Under the pieces are notes generated by a model. That model saw only the letters and a program-made list of their open reading frames with translations, was not told the origin of the DNA and did no database searches. The translations under genes and the position numbers were made by a program. From a virus (Duplodnaviria > Caudoviricetes), in IMG/VR virus record IMGVR_UViG_3300018073_000014, positions 1-35,900 of that record: DNA of 35,900 nt; one strand, given 5' to 3'. The number at the start of each line of letters is the position of its first letter. Position 1 is the stretch's first letter. Shown here in pieces: positions 8,386 to 15,782 of the stretch.

Positions 8386-8895
8386 TCACCTCACAAGACA
8401 GCCGACCGCGCCGCCGGCGCCCAGGCCGGCAATGATGTCGGTCGCCCAATGGTTACGACTGATGCCGCGCAGGATGCCCGTCGTGATGCTGAGCGCCAGC
8501 ACGTGCGACGTCGGCGGGCCACACAGCGCCGTCATCGGCAGCGCCGAGTGCGCGCTGTAGAAGCTGTGCTGCGGGTCCACGTCAGGGCCGCAGTCGTTCG
8601 GCGCGCACGGTCGACTGCGGTGCACGGCCCGCTTGACGATCGTCACGGCGACATAGGTCAGGCTGACGCGCGTCGCTTCGAGCGTGCACGCCCGCCGGCT
8701 GCGCGTCGCCTCGGCGCCGCAGCTTTGCCAGCCATCCCACACGACCGGCGCGATCGCCGTCACCCAGGACACCGCGCCGGCGACCTTCTGCTCGGTCGGC
8801 GTCGCGTGTGACTCGAAGTATTTGTCGAACATCAGCGGCTGCGCGGCCGCCGGCGCGGCGACGAGCAGCAACAGCGCGATCGTGACGCCTCTCAT
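8386..8895 (-). CDS. PAP2-superfamily membrane phosphatase with signal peptide
   Basis: C1 KRAVHRSRP, C2 SFYSAH and C3 LRGISRNHWATD motifs. Signal peptide MRGVTIALLLLVAAPAAA. ATGA overlap at 8892-8895. Confidence 0.85.
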   Translation of the reverse strand: MRGVTIALLLLVAAPAAAQPLMFDKYFESHATPTEQKVAGAVSWVTAIAPVVWDGWQSCGAEATRSRRACTLEATRVSLTYVAVTIVKRAVHRSRPCAPNDCGPDVDPQHSFYSAHSALPMTALCGPPTSHVLALSITTGILRGISRNHWATDIIAGLGAGGAVGCLVR

Positions 8896-9413
8896 AGACT
8901 CCACCTGATTTCCTCCGCAGACAGCATCGGCGCGACGACGACCGGCGAGCCGTCTGCCCGCACGTCGGACCAGTGCCGCACGCGCACGGCCAGGTCGAGG
9001 CGCTCGCTCGACTTCATCAGGAAGCCGCGGCTCGTGCCGCGCTTGATGGTGATGATGCGCTCGGGCCGGGCGACCTGGCGCAGCGCGTCGCGGTTGAAGA
9101 GAAAGAAATCGCGGTAGTCGCCGACGCCATACCAGCGCGCTTCCGAGCTCGCGAAGATGCCGCTCGCGATCCAGGCCGCTTGCTCCGCGCGCCGCTTCTC
9201 CTCGACTTCGATGAAGAGGTTGCCCGTCTCGACGAAGTGCTGATCGAGTTTCAGCTCGACGTGATCAGGGCCGATGCGCACGTCGCCGTAGCTGATCTGC
9301 GCGCGCTTCGTCTCGTGCCGCACGATCGGGATGCCCTCGCGCGTGAGCCTGGCGACGATGTAGCGTTCCCAAGCTTCGGCACGCGCGAGCTGCTCCGCGT
9401 AATAGTCGCTCAC
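8892..9413 (-). CDS. PD-(D/E)XK-fold putative endonuclease
   Basis: E...GD...VELKLD....TGNLFIE pattern. The GTG start overlaps the methyltransferase stop (GTGA). Confidence 0.7.
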   Translation of the reverse strand: MSDYYAEQLARAEAWERYIVARLTREGIPIVRHETKRAQISYGDVRIGPDHVELKLDQHFVETGNLFIEVEEKRRAEQAAWIASGIFASSEARWYGVGDYRDFFLFNRDALRQVARPERIITIKRGTSRGFLMKSSERLDLAVRVRHWSDVRADGSPVVVAPMLSAEEIRWSL

Positions 9414-10471
9414 GACGCAGCGGCTTCCTTCGCCCACAGCCGCGGATCGTTGCCGAACACCGACCAACCCCTGACCGGCTGCCGCCCGAAGATTTCCAGA
9501 TACGGGCCTTCGGTGTAGAGCTGCTCAATGATCCGCCGGAACTCTTCCGGCTTCTGCGAGTGCACATCGCTGCGGCGAATGGTCTGCACGCTGTCGATCA
9601 TCGGCGTGATGCGATCCGGCGTGCACGAGCCGCGGGTCGCGATGATCAGGTGCTCGTGCCGCACGCTGACGTAGTGTCCGAAGTTGTGAAGAACCTTATC
9701 CCACACGATGCCGGTCTTCGGCTTGAATCCCCAGGCGTCGATTACCTCGATCGGGCCCGGCTTCGTCAAAAGAATCGGCGCCGTCGTCCAGAGGAAGAGC
9801 ACGGCGTTCGGCGTCGTATGTGCTTTCACCGGCAGCGCGCAAAGTTCTTCGATCGTCATGCTCGGGTAGTGCCGCTCAGCGCGGCCATAGGCGTCGTTGT
9901 CGGTGATGATGCCGCTGTCGTTGTAGCTCCACGGCGGATCGGCGTAGATGACGCGATAGAGGCCATCGAGCACCGCCTGCCCACTGACGACCGGCGTGCG
10001 TGCGCGTCGACGCTTCGCTTTTCTTAGGTCGCGCGTCGTCCAGTGTTCACGTTTCGATTCTTCGAGCAGCTCGACCTGATCGGCCTCATTCGTCAGATCC
10101 GCGACGACCATCGCATGAGAGAACGACTGCGCCGAGGCGCGCGCGCGATCGCTGACGTTCCGCGCGACGTAGCCACATTTGCGAAATGTCTCGGCTTCTA
10201 GATCGAGGCCGATATCGGCGAGTGCCTGCGGCAAGAGCTCGTGCCAGTCGTCGCGCTGCTCGGTGTGATTCCAGAGATCACCGATCCAGAACGGCGCCGA
10301 CTCGTTCGCTGCATGGACAAACAAAAAATCAGACGTCCAGTCGGGCAGCGACGGACGGCCCACGATCACCGCGCGTCGAGCGTGCAGGCGACACGCCTTC
10401 AGTTGAATCGGAGTTTCGTCGAAGAGATCGAATTGCTTGCCGGCCTGCACGGTCGGCGGCACGAGCTTCAT
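9410..10471 (-). CDS. MT-A70-family N6-adenine methyltransferase with an N-terminal LmbU-like DNA-binding domain
   Basis: YRVIYADPPW, HYPSM, LFLWTT, WGF, WDK, HEHLIIATRG, HSQKP, YLEIFGR and GWSVFGN. N-terminal FWIGD...SFSHAMVVADL...WTTRDLR resembles LmbU. Confidence 0.9.
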   Translation of the reverse strand: MKLVPPTVQAGKQFDLFDETPIQLKACRLHARRAVIVGRPSLPDWTSDFLFVHAANESAPFWIGDLWNHTEQRDDWHELLPQALADIGLDLEAETFRKCGYVARNVSDRARASAQSFSHAMVVADLTNEADQVELLEESKREHWTTRDLRKAKRRRARTPVVSGQAVLDGLYRVIYADPPWSYNDSGIITDNDAYGRAERHYPSMTIEELCALPVKAHTTPNAVLFLWTTAPILLTKPGPIEVIDAWGFKPKTGIVWDKVLHNFGHYVSVRHEHLIIATRGSCTPDRITPMIDSVQTIRRSDVHSQKPEEFRRIIEQLYTEGPYLEIFGRQPVRGWSVFGNDPRLWAKEAAAS

Positions 10472-10490
10472 CAGGCACGCCTTTCCACTA

Positions 10491-10530
10491 TGTAAAAGTT
10501 ACCGGGAATCAATTCCCGGTAAGTTCTACA
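10491..10530. promoter_or_regulatory. AT-rich palindrome upstream of the methyltransferase (candidate operator)
   Basis: Perfect arms TTACCGGGAAT-CA-ATTCCCGGTAA (10499-10522) within an imperfect 40-bp inverted repeat. Confidence 0.6.
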
Positions 10531-10539
10531 CGGTTCGCT

Positions 10540-11100
10540 TTAGTGACGCACCTCGCCGGTGTCGCCCTGCAGATCCGCTTCGTCAGCTTCGAGCTCTTCG
10601 CCCGCCTCGCCCGCTTCGCCGCCAGCGTCGGCCGTCTCGGGTTCGTTCGTGGTGTCGTTGGCGGCGCGGGCCTTCGCGTCGGTCGGCAGATCCTCGTCGA
10701 CTTCCGCGCTCGCGTTCTCGCCCTTCGTCTTTCTGATCCGCAGCTTCTCTTCGCCTGGCACGCGCGCGAGCTCGACGCCGGCGTGCCGCCAGGTCGTGCG
10801 ATCGTGCTTGCGCATCAGGTTTAGCGCGGTGCGCTTGTGGCCCTGCTCGTCGGCGCGGAGCTCGGCCATCTGATCACGGATGTCGCCGATCGCCGCGGCC
10901 GCGTCGTCGAGCGCCTGAATCCGTTTGCCGAGGCCGCCCGGCAACGGCAGCGCCTGCGAGCGCGGACTCTTCGCCTTCTGTCGCGCGGCCGCCTGGCGCG
11001 CGCCGCTCGTGCCGAGTTTCTTCGTCGGGTCAGCCTTGCCGCCGACGTGCAGATAGCGGCCCTTCGGCGGTTTCGTGCCCTTCGTCTTTTTCTTTGCCAT
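10540..11100 (-). CDS. Hypothetical protein with basic N-terminus, coiled coil and acidic C-terminus
   Basis: ATG 11100 in a TGATG overlap with an AGGAGGAG RBS; MAKKKTKG...EELEADEAD. Confidence 0.75.
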   Translation of the reverse strand: MAKKKTKGTKPPKGRYLHVGGKADPTKKLGTSGARQAAARQKAKSPRSQALPLPGGLGKRIQALDDAAAAIGDIRDQMAELRADEQGHKRTALNLMRKHDRTTWRHAGVELARVPGEEKLRIRKTKGENASAEVDEDLPTDAKARAANDTTNEPETADAGGEAGEAGEELEADEADLQGDTGEVRH

Positions 11101-11606
11101 CACTCCTCCTTGTTGTCGTGTAGAAACGAACCGAGGCAAATCGCCGGCGTCGGTCGATGTTCACCAAACGGAATCCCCTGGCCCATCCGCCGACGATACT
11201 CAGCGAGCAGCAGAGCATCGGCCATCCAGTGCGTAATCGTCAACTCAGGGAAGAGCTCCGCAGCGCGGGCCTTGGTGATGTTTTTGTCGCCGCGGCTGCG
11301 GCAGTCGAGCAGTGACTGCCAACGTATCGGCTGCACCTGGTCGAAGACGATGCGCGTCGCAGCGAGTGCCGTCTCGATCATCCCGTAGCCGCGGCCGAAC
11401 GTGAACGCCGACACGACGCCCATCTGCGGCGAGCTGTGCACCGCTTCGAGCACGGCGCGGATCTCGTCGTGCGTGCGCCAGGCGAGCAAGAGGTTGACGA
11501 GCGCAGCCGGCTGCGTCGGCATCTTCGCCGTGTCGAGCACAAGGCCGCTCGCTTCGAGGAGTGCGAGGCCGCCGCCAAGGCCGGGATCGATACCGAGGTA
11601 AATCAC
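11100..11606 (-). CDS. ruvC: RuvC-like Holliday junction resolvase
   Basis: YLGIDPG, AVLEAV, GVVSAFTFGRGYG, VQPIRWQ and ADALLLAEY. Confidence 0.88.
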   Translation of the reverse strand: MIYLGIDPGLGGGLALLEASGLVLDTAKMPTQPAALVNLLLAWRTHDEIRAVLEAVHSSPQMGVVSAFTFGRGYGMIETALAATRIVFDQVQPIRWQSLLDCRSRGDKNITKARAAELFPELTITHWMADALLLAEYRRRMGQGIPFGEHRPTPAICLGSFLHDNKEE

Positions 11607-11851
11607 GGGTAGGGATCAGCGCGCTGCGGCCCGACGCCGAGCTCGCGGAATTGTTGACGCATGATGTGAAACGTGTGCCCGAGCAGCCGGTGCGCATCCT
11701 CGATCGTCTTTGCGTGCGTGGCGATGATGGCGGCGAGCTCGTAGCTGAGCGCCGTCGCGAGCTCGTCGGGTTCGTAGTCGGCGTGCTCGCGAAGCCAGGC
11801 GCGCAGCGACTCGGTGAGCTGCACCGCCCGAAGCGTTTTGTTGTTGGGCAT
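11603..11851 (-). CDS. Hypothetical protein (82 aa)
   Basis: ATG 11851 (MPNNKTLRAVQ...) lies just downstream of operator/promoter copy 2; the stop overlaps the ruvC start. Confidence 0.65.
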   Translation of the reverse strand: MPNNKTLRAVQLTESLRAWLREHADYEPDELATALSYELAAIIATHAKTIEDAHRLLGHTFHIMRQQFRELGVGPQRADPYP

Positions 11852-11865
11852 GGGGAACGGCGTGC

Positions 11866-11899
11866 ATTGTTGTGAACAACGCCCGTTGTTGTCAACATC
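11866..11899 (-). promoter_or_regulatory. Promoter with tandem operators (copies 2a/2b): TTGACA-18-AACAAT
   Basis: GTTGTTGTCAACATC at 11885-11899 covers the -35 box; ATTGTTGTGAACAAC at 11866-11880 covers the -10 box. Confidence 0.7.
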
Positions 11900-12296
11900 A
11901 AAAGAGCGAGTCAGGCCTCGCGACGCGCTGCGCCGGTCGAAACGCGCGGCAATCGCATTGCCGACTGTCGTGATAGCACGCCCCGCGGCCGTCGACATGG
12001 TCGAGACGCCGATGCGTGCAGACGCAGAACGGCGCCGGCTCGGCCTTCGGCGTGCGTGGCGCGCGCGACTTCTCGGTGCAGGTCCAGAGGTGCGAGGCGG
12101 TGCCGGCGAAGACGTCGAAGCTGACCTGCGTCACCGGGTGCTTCTCCTGGCGCAGCGGCCGCTCGTGCGCGTTGAGCGGGATGCGCCGGCCCTCGTGGGT
12201 GAGCGCCCACACGATCGGCGCCTGGCAATACTTGCACCGGCCTGGCTTTCGGTCGAGGCGCCAAATCCGGTAGGTGACGAAGCCGCCGGTGCGCAT
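11898..12296 (-). CDS. Zinc-binding protein with two Cys/His clusters
   Basis: CKYCQAPIVW..THEGRRIPLN...SHLWTC plus CVCTH....H......C......CDC. The start is placed at ATG 12296 (AAGGGA RBS); the longer ORF would run through the origin-like element. Confidence 0.7.
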   Translation of the reverse strand: MRTGGFVTYRIWRLDRKPGRCKYCQAPIVWALTHEGRRIPLNAHERPLRQEKHPVTQVSFDVFAGTASHLWTCTEKSRAPRTPKAEPAPFCVCTHRRLDHVDGRGACYHDSRQCDCRAFRPAQRVARPDSLF

Positions 12297-12320
12297 CTTC
12301 AGATCCCTTCGTGATGACGT

Positions 12321-12505
12321 GTAAATACTAGAAGAGTAGAAGGTCTGTGGAAAACTCGGACGCTTCCCCGAACCCCTTGAGCCGTCACACTTAGCGCGAG
12401 ATCGACCTGTTGAAAAGCTGTGCACGCTTTGCGGATATCGGCCGTCGAAGATGGTCAGCTCTCCAACGATCCACAGAACATGCACAGCTTTTCCACAGGC
12501 CGATC
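12321..12505. other. oriC-like replication origin: DnaA-trio-like repeats, DnaA boxes and an IHF-like site
   Basis: Trios GAA GAG TAG AAG (12331-12342) beside box TGTGGAAAA (12346-54). IHF-like GAACCCCTTGAGC (12370-82). Left array at 12408/12419/12430 and an opposed right array at 12467/12478/12489, each with an 11-bp period. Confidence 0.78.
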
Positions 12506-12767
12506 AGTCAGTTCGGCCGTCGCGCCCGAGCCCGTGCCGGTCGGCCGCCGCGAGCACCGCCTTGAGCCCCTTGGTTCCGCCGCACCGCCAGCAGCCGGCG
12601 GCCTGGCGCACCTGGTCGAGCTCCTCGGCGGTGACGTCGAGATCCCCGGTCAGCGGGTTCAGGTTGTGCTGCAGGACGGTCAGGATGCGCTGAGAAGGGC
12701 TGCCGTGCGTCGCCCTGGCGCGCATCACCTCGTCGGCTTCGCGTGGCGTCAGGAGCATCCAGGGCAC
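12504..12767 (-). CDS. Hypothetical protein (87 aa)
   Basis: GTG start with AAAGG upstream; it continues the operon. Confidence 0.65.
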   Translation of the reverse strand: MPWMLLTPREADEVMRARATHGSPSQRILTVLQHNLNPLTGDLDVTAEELDQVRQAAGCWRCGGTKGLKAVLAAADRHGLGRDGRTD

Positions 12768-12780
12768 GGCAGCCGCCTTT

Positions 12781-12975
12781 CTAGTTGTTCTGCGCGTTGG
12801 CGCGCACCGCGATCAGCCGCTGCACCTGCGCTTCGAGCTCGCGGCGCTCGGCCTGGCAGGCGACCGGATCAGGATGCGCCCTGGCGACGTGCTCCGTTGG
12901 CGACTCGTCGAATATCTCCGGCGCCTGGCCGGCGACGATCGCCCGCATGGCGCACTGAAGGCACATGACCGGCAT
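12781..12975 (-). CDS. Hypothetical protein with CxxC (64 aa)
   Basis: ATG 12975 in a TGATG overlap; MPVMCLQC... Confidence 0.65.
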   Translation of the reverse strand: MPVMCLQCAMRAIVAGQAPEIFDESPTEHVARAHPDPVACQAERRELEAQVQRLIAVRANAQNN

Positions 12976-13217
12976 CAGTCCGGCACCTTCGAGCCGCGGT
13001 CTTTCTGCCAGCATTCGATCACGGTGACGTCGGCGAGCGCCTGGCGGACCTTCCGCCGCGGCGAGCCGAGGAGCTGCGCGAACATCGCCCAGGCGCGGAT
13101 CGTGAACGGCGTCGCTCGGTCGCGGCCGACGAGCACGAAGACCGGCTCGTCATCGTGGCACCGCCCGAGACATCCTTCGCCCTTCGCGGCCGCGTCGAGC
13201 ACTTCCTTTTTCGTCAT
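12975..13217 (-). CDS. Conserved small phage protein (DEPVFVLxxRD...WA...KxPD family)
   Basis: AAGGA RBS; CL...DDEPVFVLVGRDRATPFTIRAWA...KVPD. Confidence 0.75.
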   Translation of the reverse strand: MTKKEVLDAAAKGEGCLGRCHDDEPVFVLVGRDRATPFTIRAWAMFAQLLGSPRRKVRQALADVTVIECWQKDRGSKVPD

Positions 13218-13232
13218 CGGTTTTCCTTTTGC

Positions 13233-13511
13233 TCAGAATAGCGTTAAGAGTTTCGCCACGCCCGCCGGCGTCACGATCAATTGCACGTTGCGCTTACCAC
13301 GGGTGAGCGCCCGACCGCATTGCGGGCAGCGGACGCAGTCGACGACGTAGCCCCGCTGGCGCAGCCTGGCAATCGACTCAGAGGTGAGTCGCTGATACCC
13401 GTAGGTGAGCGATGTCTCGAATTTGAAATGCTGGCCGATCGGGATCGACGTGCTGCCGGGATGTTCAGCGATGTAGCGCAGCACCGCGAGATCGCGCTGC
13501 GCTCGCGTCAT
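13233..13511 (-). CDS. Winged-helix DNA-binding protein with a Cys-rich insertion
   Basis: VLRYIAEHPGST...IARLRQRGYV...LIVTPAG is a MarR-like pattern, with CVRCPQC in the wing. ATGA overlap at 13508-13511. Confidence 0.65.
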   Translation of the reverse strand: MTRAQRDLAVLRYIAEHPGSTSIPIGQHFKFETSLTYGYQRLTSESIARLRQRGYVVDCVRCPQCGRALTRGKRNVQLIVTPAGVAKLLTLF

Positions 13512-13936
13512 CGTCGCTCTCTCCAATCTGGTTGATCGATGACCTGGCCGAGTCGCGTCGTCTCCGCGAGGAGCTCGGCCACGGTCTGACTGAGGCGCTC
13601 GATGCGCCCGTCGAGCAGCTTCTCGCGGCACTTCGGGCACGTGACGAGCTCAGGGCTGCCGTAGCTGCCATCACCGCCACAGAGCGCGCGCAACGGTTCG
13701 CGACCGAGCCCATTACTCGCCGGCGCGTGGATGCCTGGCGTCGACAGTTGCAGAATCTCCGCTTGCCGCCAGGGCGACGGCAGGAAGCCGCCGCTGCGCA
13801 GCCACTGGTCGAGCGCGAGCACCAGCTCGCACAGGCCGATCGCCTCAATATCGATCGGCTCCTGGTTCACGTCGTGCCGACCGATCAGGCTCTTCGCGAG
13901 CGCGATCTGCTTCACAAGGTTCGTGGTTGGGTCCAC
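13508..13936 (-). CDS. Hypothetical phage protein (MDP..NL...LDxWLxxGGFLP..W) with a zinc-binding segment
   Basis: GTG 13936; ALDQWLRSGGFLPSPW and LCG...VTCPKC. Confidence 0.7.
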   Translation of the reverse strand: MDPTTNLVKQIALAKSLIGRHDVNQEPIDIEAIGLCELVLALDQWLRSGGFLPSPWRQAEILQLSTPGIHAPASNGLGREPLRALCGGDGSYGSPELVTCPKCREKLLDGRIERLSQTVAELLAETTRLGQVIDQPDWRERR

Positions 13937-13937
13937 C

Positions 13938-15107
13938 TCACACCCCTTTCGTGTTCTTCGTGTGGACGACGCCGGGCCAGCGATCGATCGCTTCATGCAA
14001 CGACTCGCCATACTTCCGCACGATCGACTCGTCGACGGCGAGCACGTCGCGCGGGATCTGGCCGGCGTAGCCCTTGAGGAAGCCGCGCACTGTCGCCTCG
14101 TCGACTGGCTTGCCGATCCAGGCGGCGAGCGTCGTGCCGAACTCGACGAAGACGGCATCGGTGAGCAGCCCGGCATCGAGCACCGTTGCGCCCCACCGGG
14201 TGCGCGAGCTCAATCCCGCGGCCGACGACACGCGCGGCCGCTCGACCGGCACATCAACCGAGATCGGGGCCTGCGCCTTCGCCGCCGCCTGCTGACGCAC
14301 TTCGTCGGCAGCGCGACGCGCTTCAAGCGCGGTGAGGATCTTCGGCAATGTGAGCAGCCGCTGTGCGGACGCCGCGGGATCTTTGAAGCCGGCGAGCGAC
14401 GCCGCACGAGCCTCGCGGCCCGGTCGCGTGTCGGCCAGGTAGTAATTGATAAAAGCCTGCTCGCGCGCGCTGACGGTCGGCGCCGCCGCTTCGAGGCGCT
14501 CGGCTTCCTTCGCCGCGGCGGCCGCTTCCTCGTCTCGTTTGCGCCGCTCTTCGGCTTCGAGTGCGCGCCGGCGTTCGTCGGCCTCACGCGCGATCCGTCG
14601 ATTCTCTGTGTCGACGTAATCGTTGTGCAGCTTGTTCGCGATCGCGTTCGCCTGCTCGATGGCATCGGTCGCGACCGCCCGCCGCGCGGTCAGTCGGCGA
14701 TGAAAGCCGTGCACGACGGTCGTGATCGACCAGAGTGCTTCCGCCGCTTTCTTCTGCTCGTTGGTCGTCTTGATGAAGAGCTGCACGCCCTCGTCGGCGG
14801 CCTGCGTTTTCGGTGTGCCGATCTTCTGCAGCTCCTGCGCGATGCCGAGCGTCTGCTTCGCTTTCGTCTCGATGGTGCGCGCCTGCAGGAAGAACTCGCC
14901 GAGGCCTTTCAGGAACGTGACGACGGCGCGGCCGGCCGTCGCGACGAATTCTTGATCGGGTTCCGTGGGTGCGAGCGTGCCCGATGCGAGCACGGCATCG
15001 AAGCTGTCGGTCGAGAGGATCGCGCCGCCGTCGTCGTCGAGCGGAATGCCGTGCAGCTTGCTCGTGCCGGCCCGTCTTCCCACGGGCGGCGTCTTCGTTT
15101 TCGCCAT
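13938..15107 (-). CDS. Coiled-coil protein of the recombination/replication module with an internal TerS-like HTH
   Basis: Long Ala/Glu/Arg coiled coil; C-terminal SSRTRW...IPRDVLAVDE...WPGV; AGGGGG RBS. Confidence 0.8.
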   Translation of the reverse strand: MAKTKTPPVGRRAGTSKLHGIPLDDDGGAILSTDSFDAVLASGTLAPTEPDQEFVATAGRAVVTFLKGLGEFFLQARTIETKAKQTLGIAQELQKIGTPKTQAADEGVQLFIKTTNEQKKAAEALWSITTVVHGFHRRLTARRAVATDAIEQANAIANKLHNDYVDTENRRIAREADERRRALEAEERRKRDEEAAAAAKEAERLEAAAPTVSAREQAFINYYLADTRPGREARAASLAGFKDPAASAQRLLTLPKILTALEARRAADEVRQQAAAKAQAPISVDVPVERPRVSSAAGLSSRTRWGATVLDAGLLTDAVFVEFGTTLAAWIGKPVDEATVRGFLKGYAGQIPRDVLAVDESIVRKYGESLHEAIDRWPGVVHTKNTKGV

Positions 15108-15127
15108 GAACTACCCCCTAGCGGGGC

Positions 15128-15161
15128 AGTCTATCGACCGGCTGAAGTTGTTGTCAACAAC
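15128..15161 (-). promoter_or_regulatory. Promoter with overlapping operator (copy 3): TTGACA-18-TAGACT
   Basis: Exact GTTGTTGTCAACAAC at 15147-15161; -10 TAGACT at 15133-15128. Confidence 0.78.
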
Positions 15162-15195
15162 GAAGGCGGGATGTGTGCAGGGGTGTAAACACGTG

Positions 15196-15245
15196 GGGGC
15201 GACCAGGCCAGCGTGTAGGCGCCTACACCGGACCCTGGCCGCCCC
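15196..15245 (-). terminator. Long GC hairpin, putative terminator or processing site
   Basis: Outer stem GGGGCGGCCAGG/CCTGGTCGCCCC encloses the perfect palindrome GTGTAGGCGCCTACAC (15213-15228). The U-tract is weak. Confidence 0.45.
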
Positions 15246-15256
15246 GCTCTTGGGGG

Positions 15257-15490
15257 TTATCCCTGGTTGGCCGCGACGGCTGCCGCCAGCTTCTCGCGGG
15301 TCGCCTTCAGGTTGGCGACTTCGTCCGTCACCGGCGCGAGCTCCTCGGCGGTTGCGCCGTTTTCGAGCGCCTTCGCGACCGCGGCCTCGATGCGGGCCGC
15401 GATGCCGTCGAGCGCGACGACCGCCGACTCTTCGACGCCGACCGTATCCGTCACTTCCTGCGCGAGCGCGGTCAGAATTTCCTTGCCCAT
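15257..15490 (-). CDS. Small Ala-rich coiled-coil protein (77 aa)
   Basis: ATG 15490 with a GGGAGG RBS; MGKEILTALAQEV...KLAAAVAANQG. Confidence 0.75.
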   Translation of the reverse strand: MGKEILTALAQEVTDTVGVEESAVVALDGIAARIEAAVAKALENGATAEELAPVTDEVANLKATREKLAAAVAANQG

Positions 15491-15500
15491 GCTGCCCTCC

Positions 15501-15782
15501 CTACTCTGTTGACAATGGTGCGCTGTTCTGGCGTGCGACCGCGGCCGCCAGCTTCGCGCGCTCGTCAGCGAGGCGAGCGATCTGCGGCGCGATGTTCTCG
15601 TCTTTCCCGAGCTCGTCGAACCAGCGATCGATCTGCGTGACGACTTCGGAGAGTGTGACGTCTGACTTGTCCGTCTCAAACTCGAAGCTCGCGTCGGGCC
15701 GCACAACGATCTTGATCTTCAGCACGGGAACCCCTTTCGGTCGATACCAGATAACGCGGAACGGCCAAAAGTCTAGCATCAC
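15501..15782 (-). CDS. Hypothetical protein (93 aa)
   Basis: Overlaps the HNH gene stop; C-terminal KLAAAVARQN. Confidence 0.6.
   Translation of the reverse strand: MMLDFWPFRVIWYRPKGVPVLKIKIVVRPDASFEFETDKSDVTLSEVVTQIDRWFDELGKDENIAPQIARLADERAKLAAAVARQNSAPLSTE

Noticed and set aside
10471-10498. CTATGTAAAAG resembles a XerD arm of a dif site
   Set aside because: There is no XerC-like arm ending in CATAA at the required 6-bp spacing, so I cannot support a dif site.
15507-15515. Partial operator core TGTTGACAA in the opposite orientation
   Set aside because: Only 9 bp match, it lies inside a coding region, and no -10 box follows on the plus strand.
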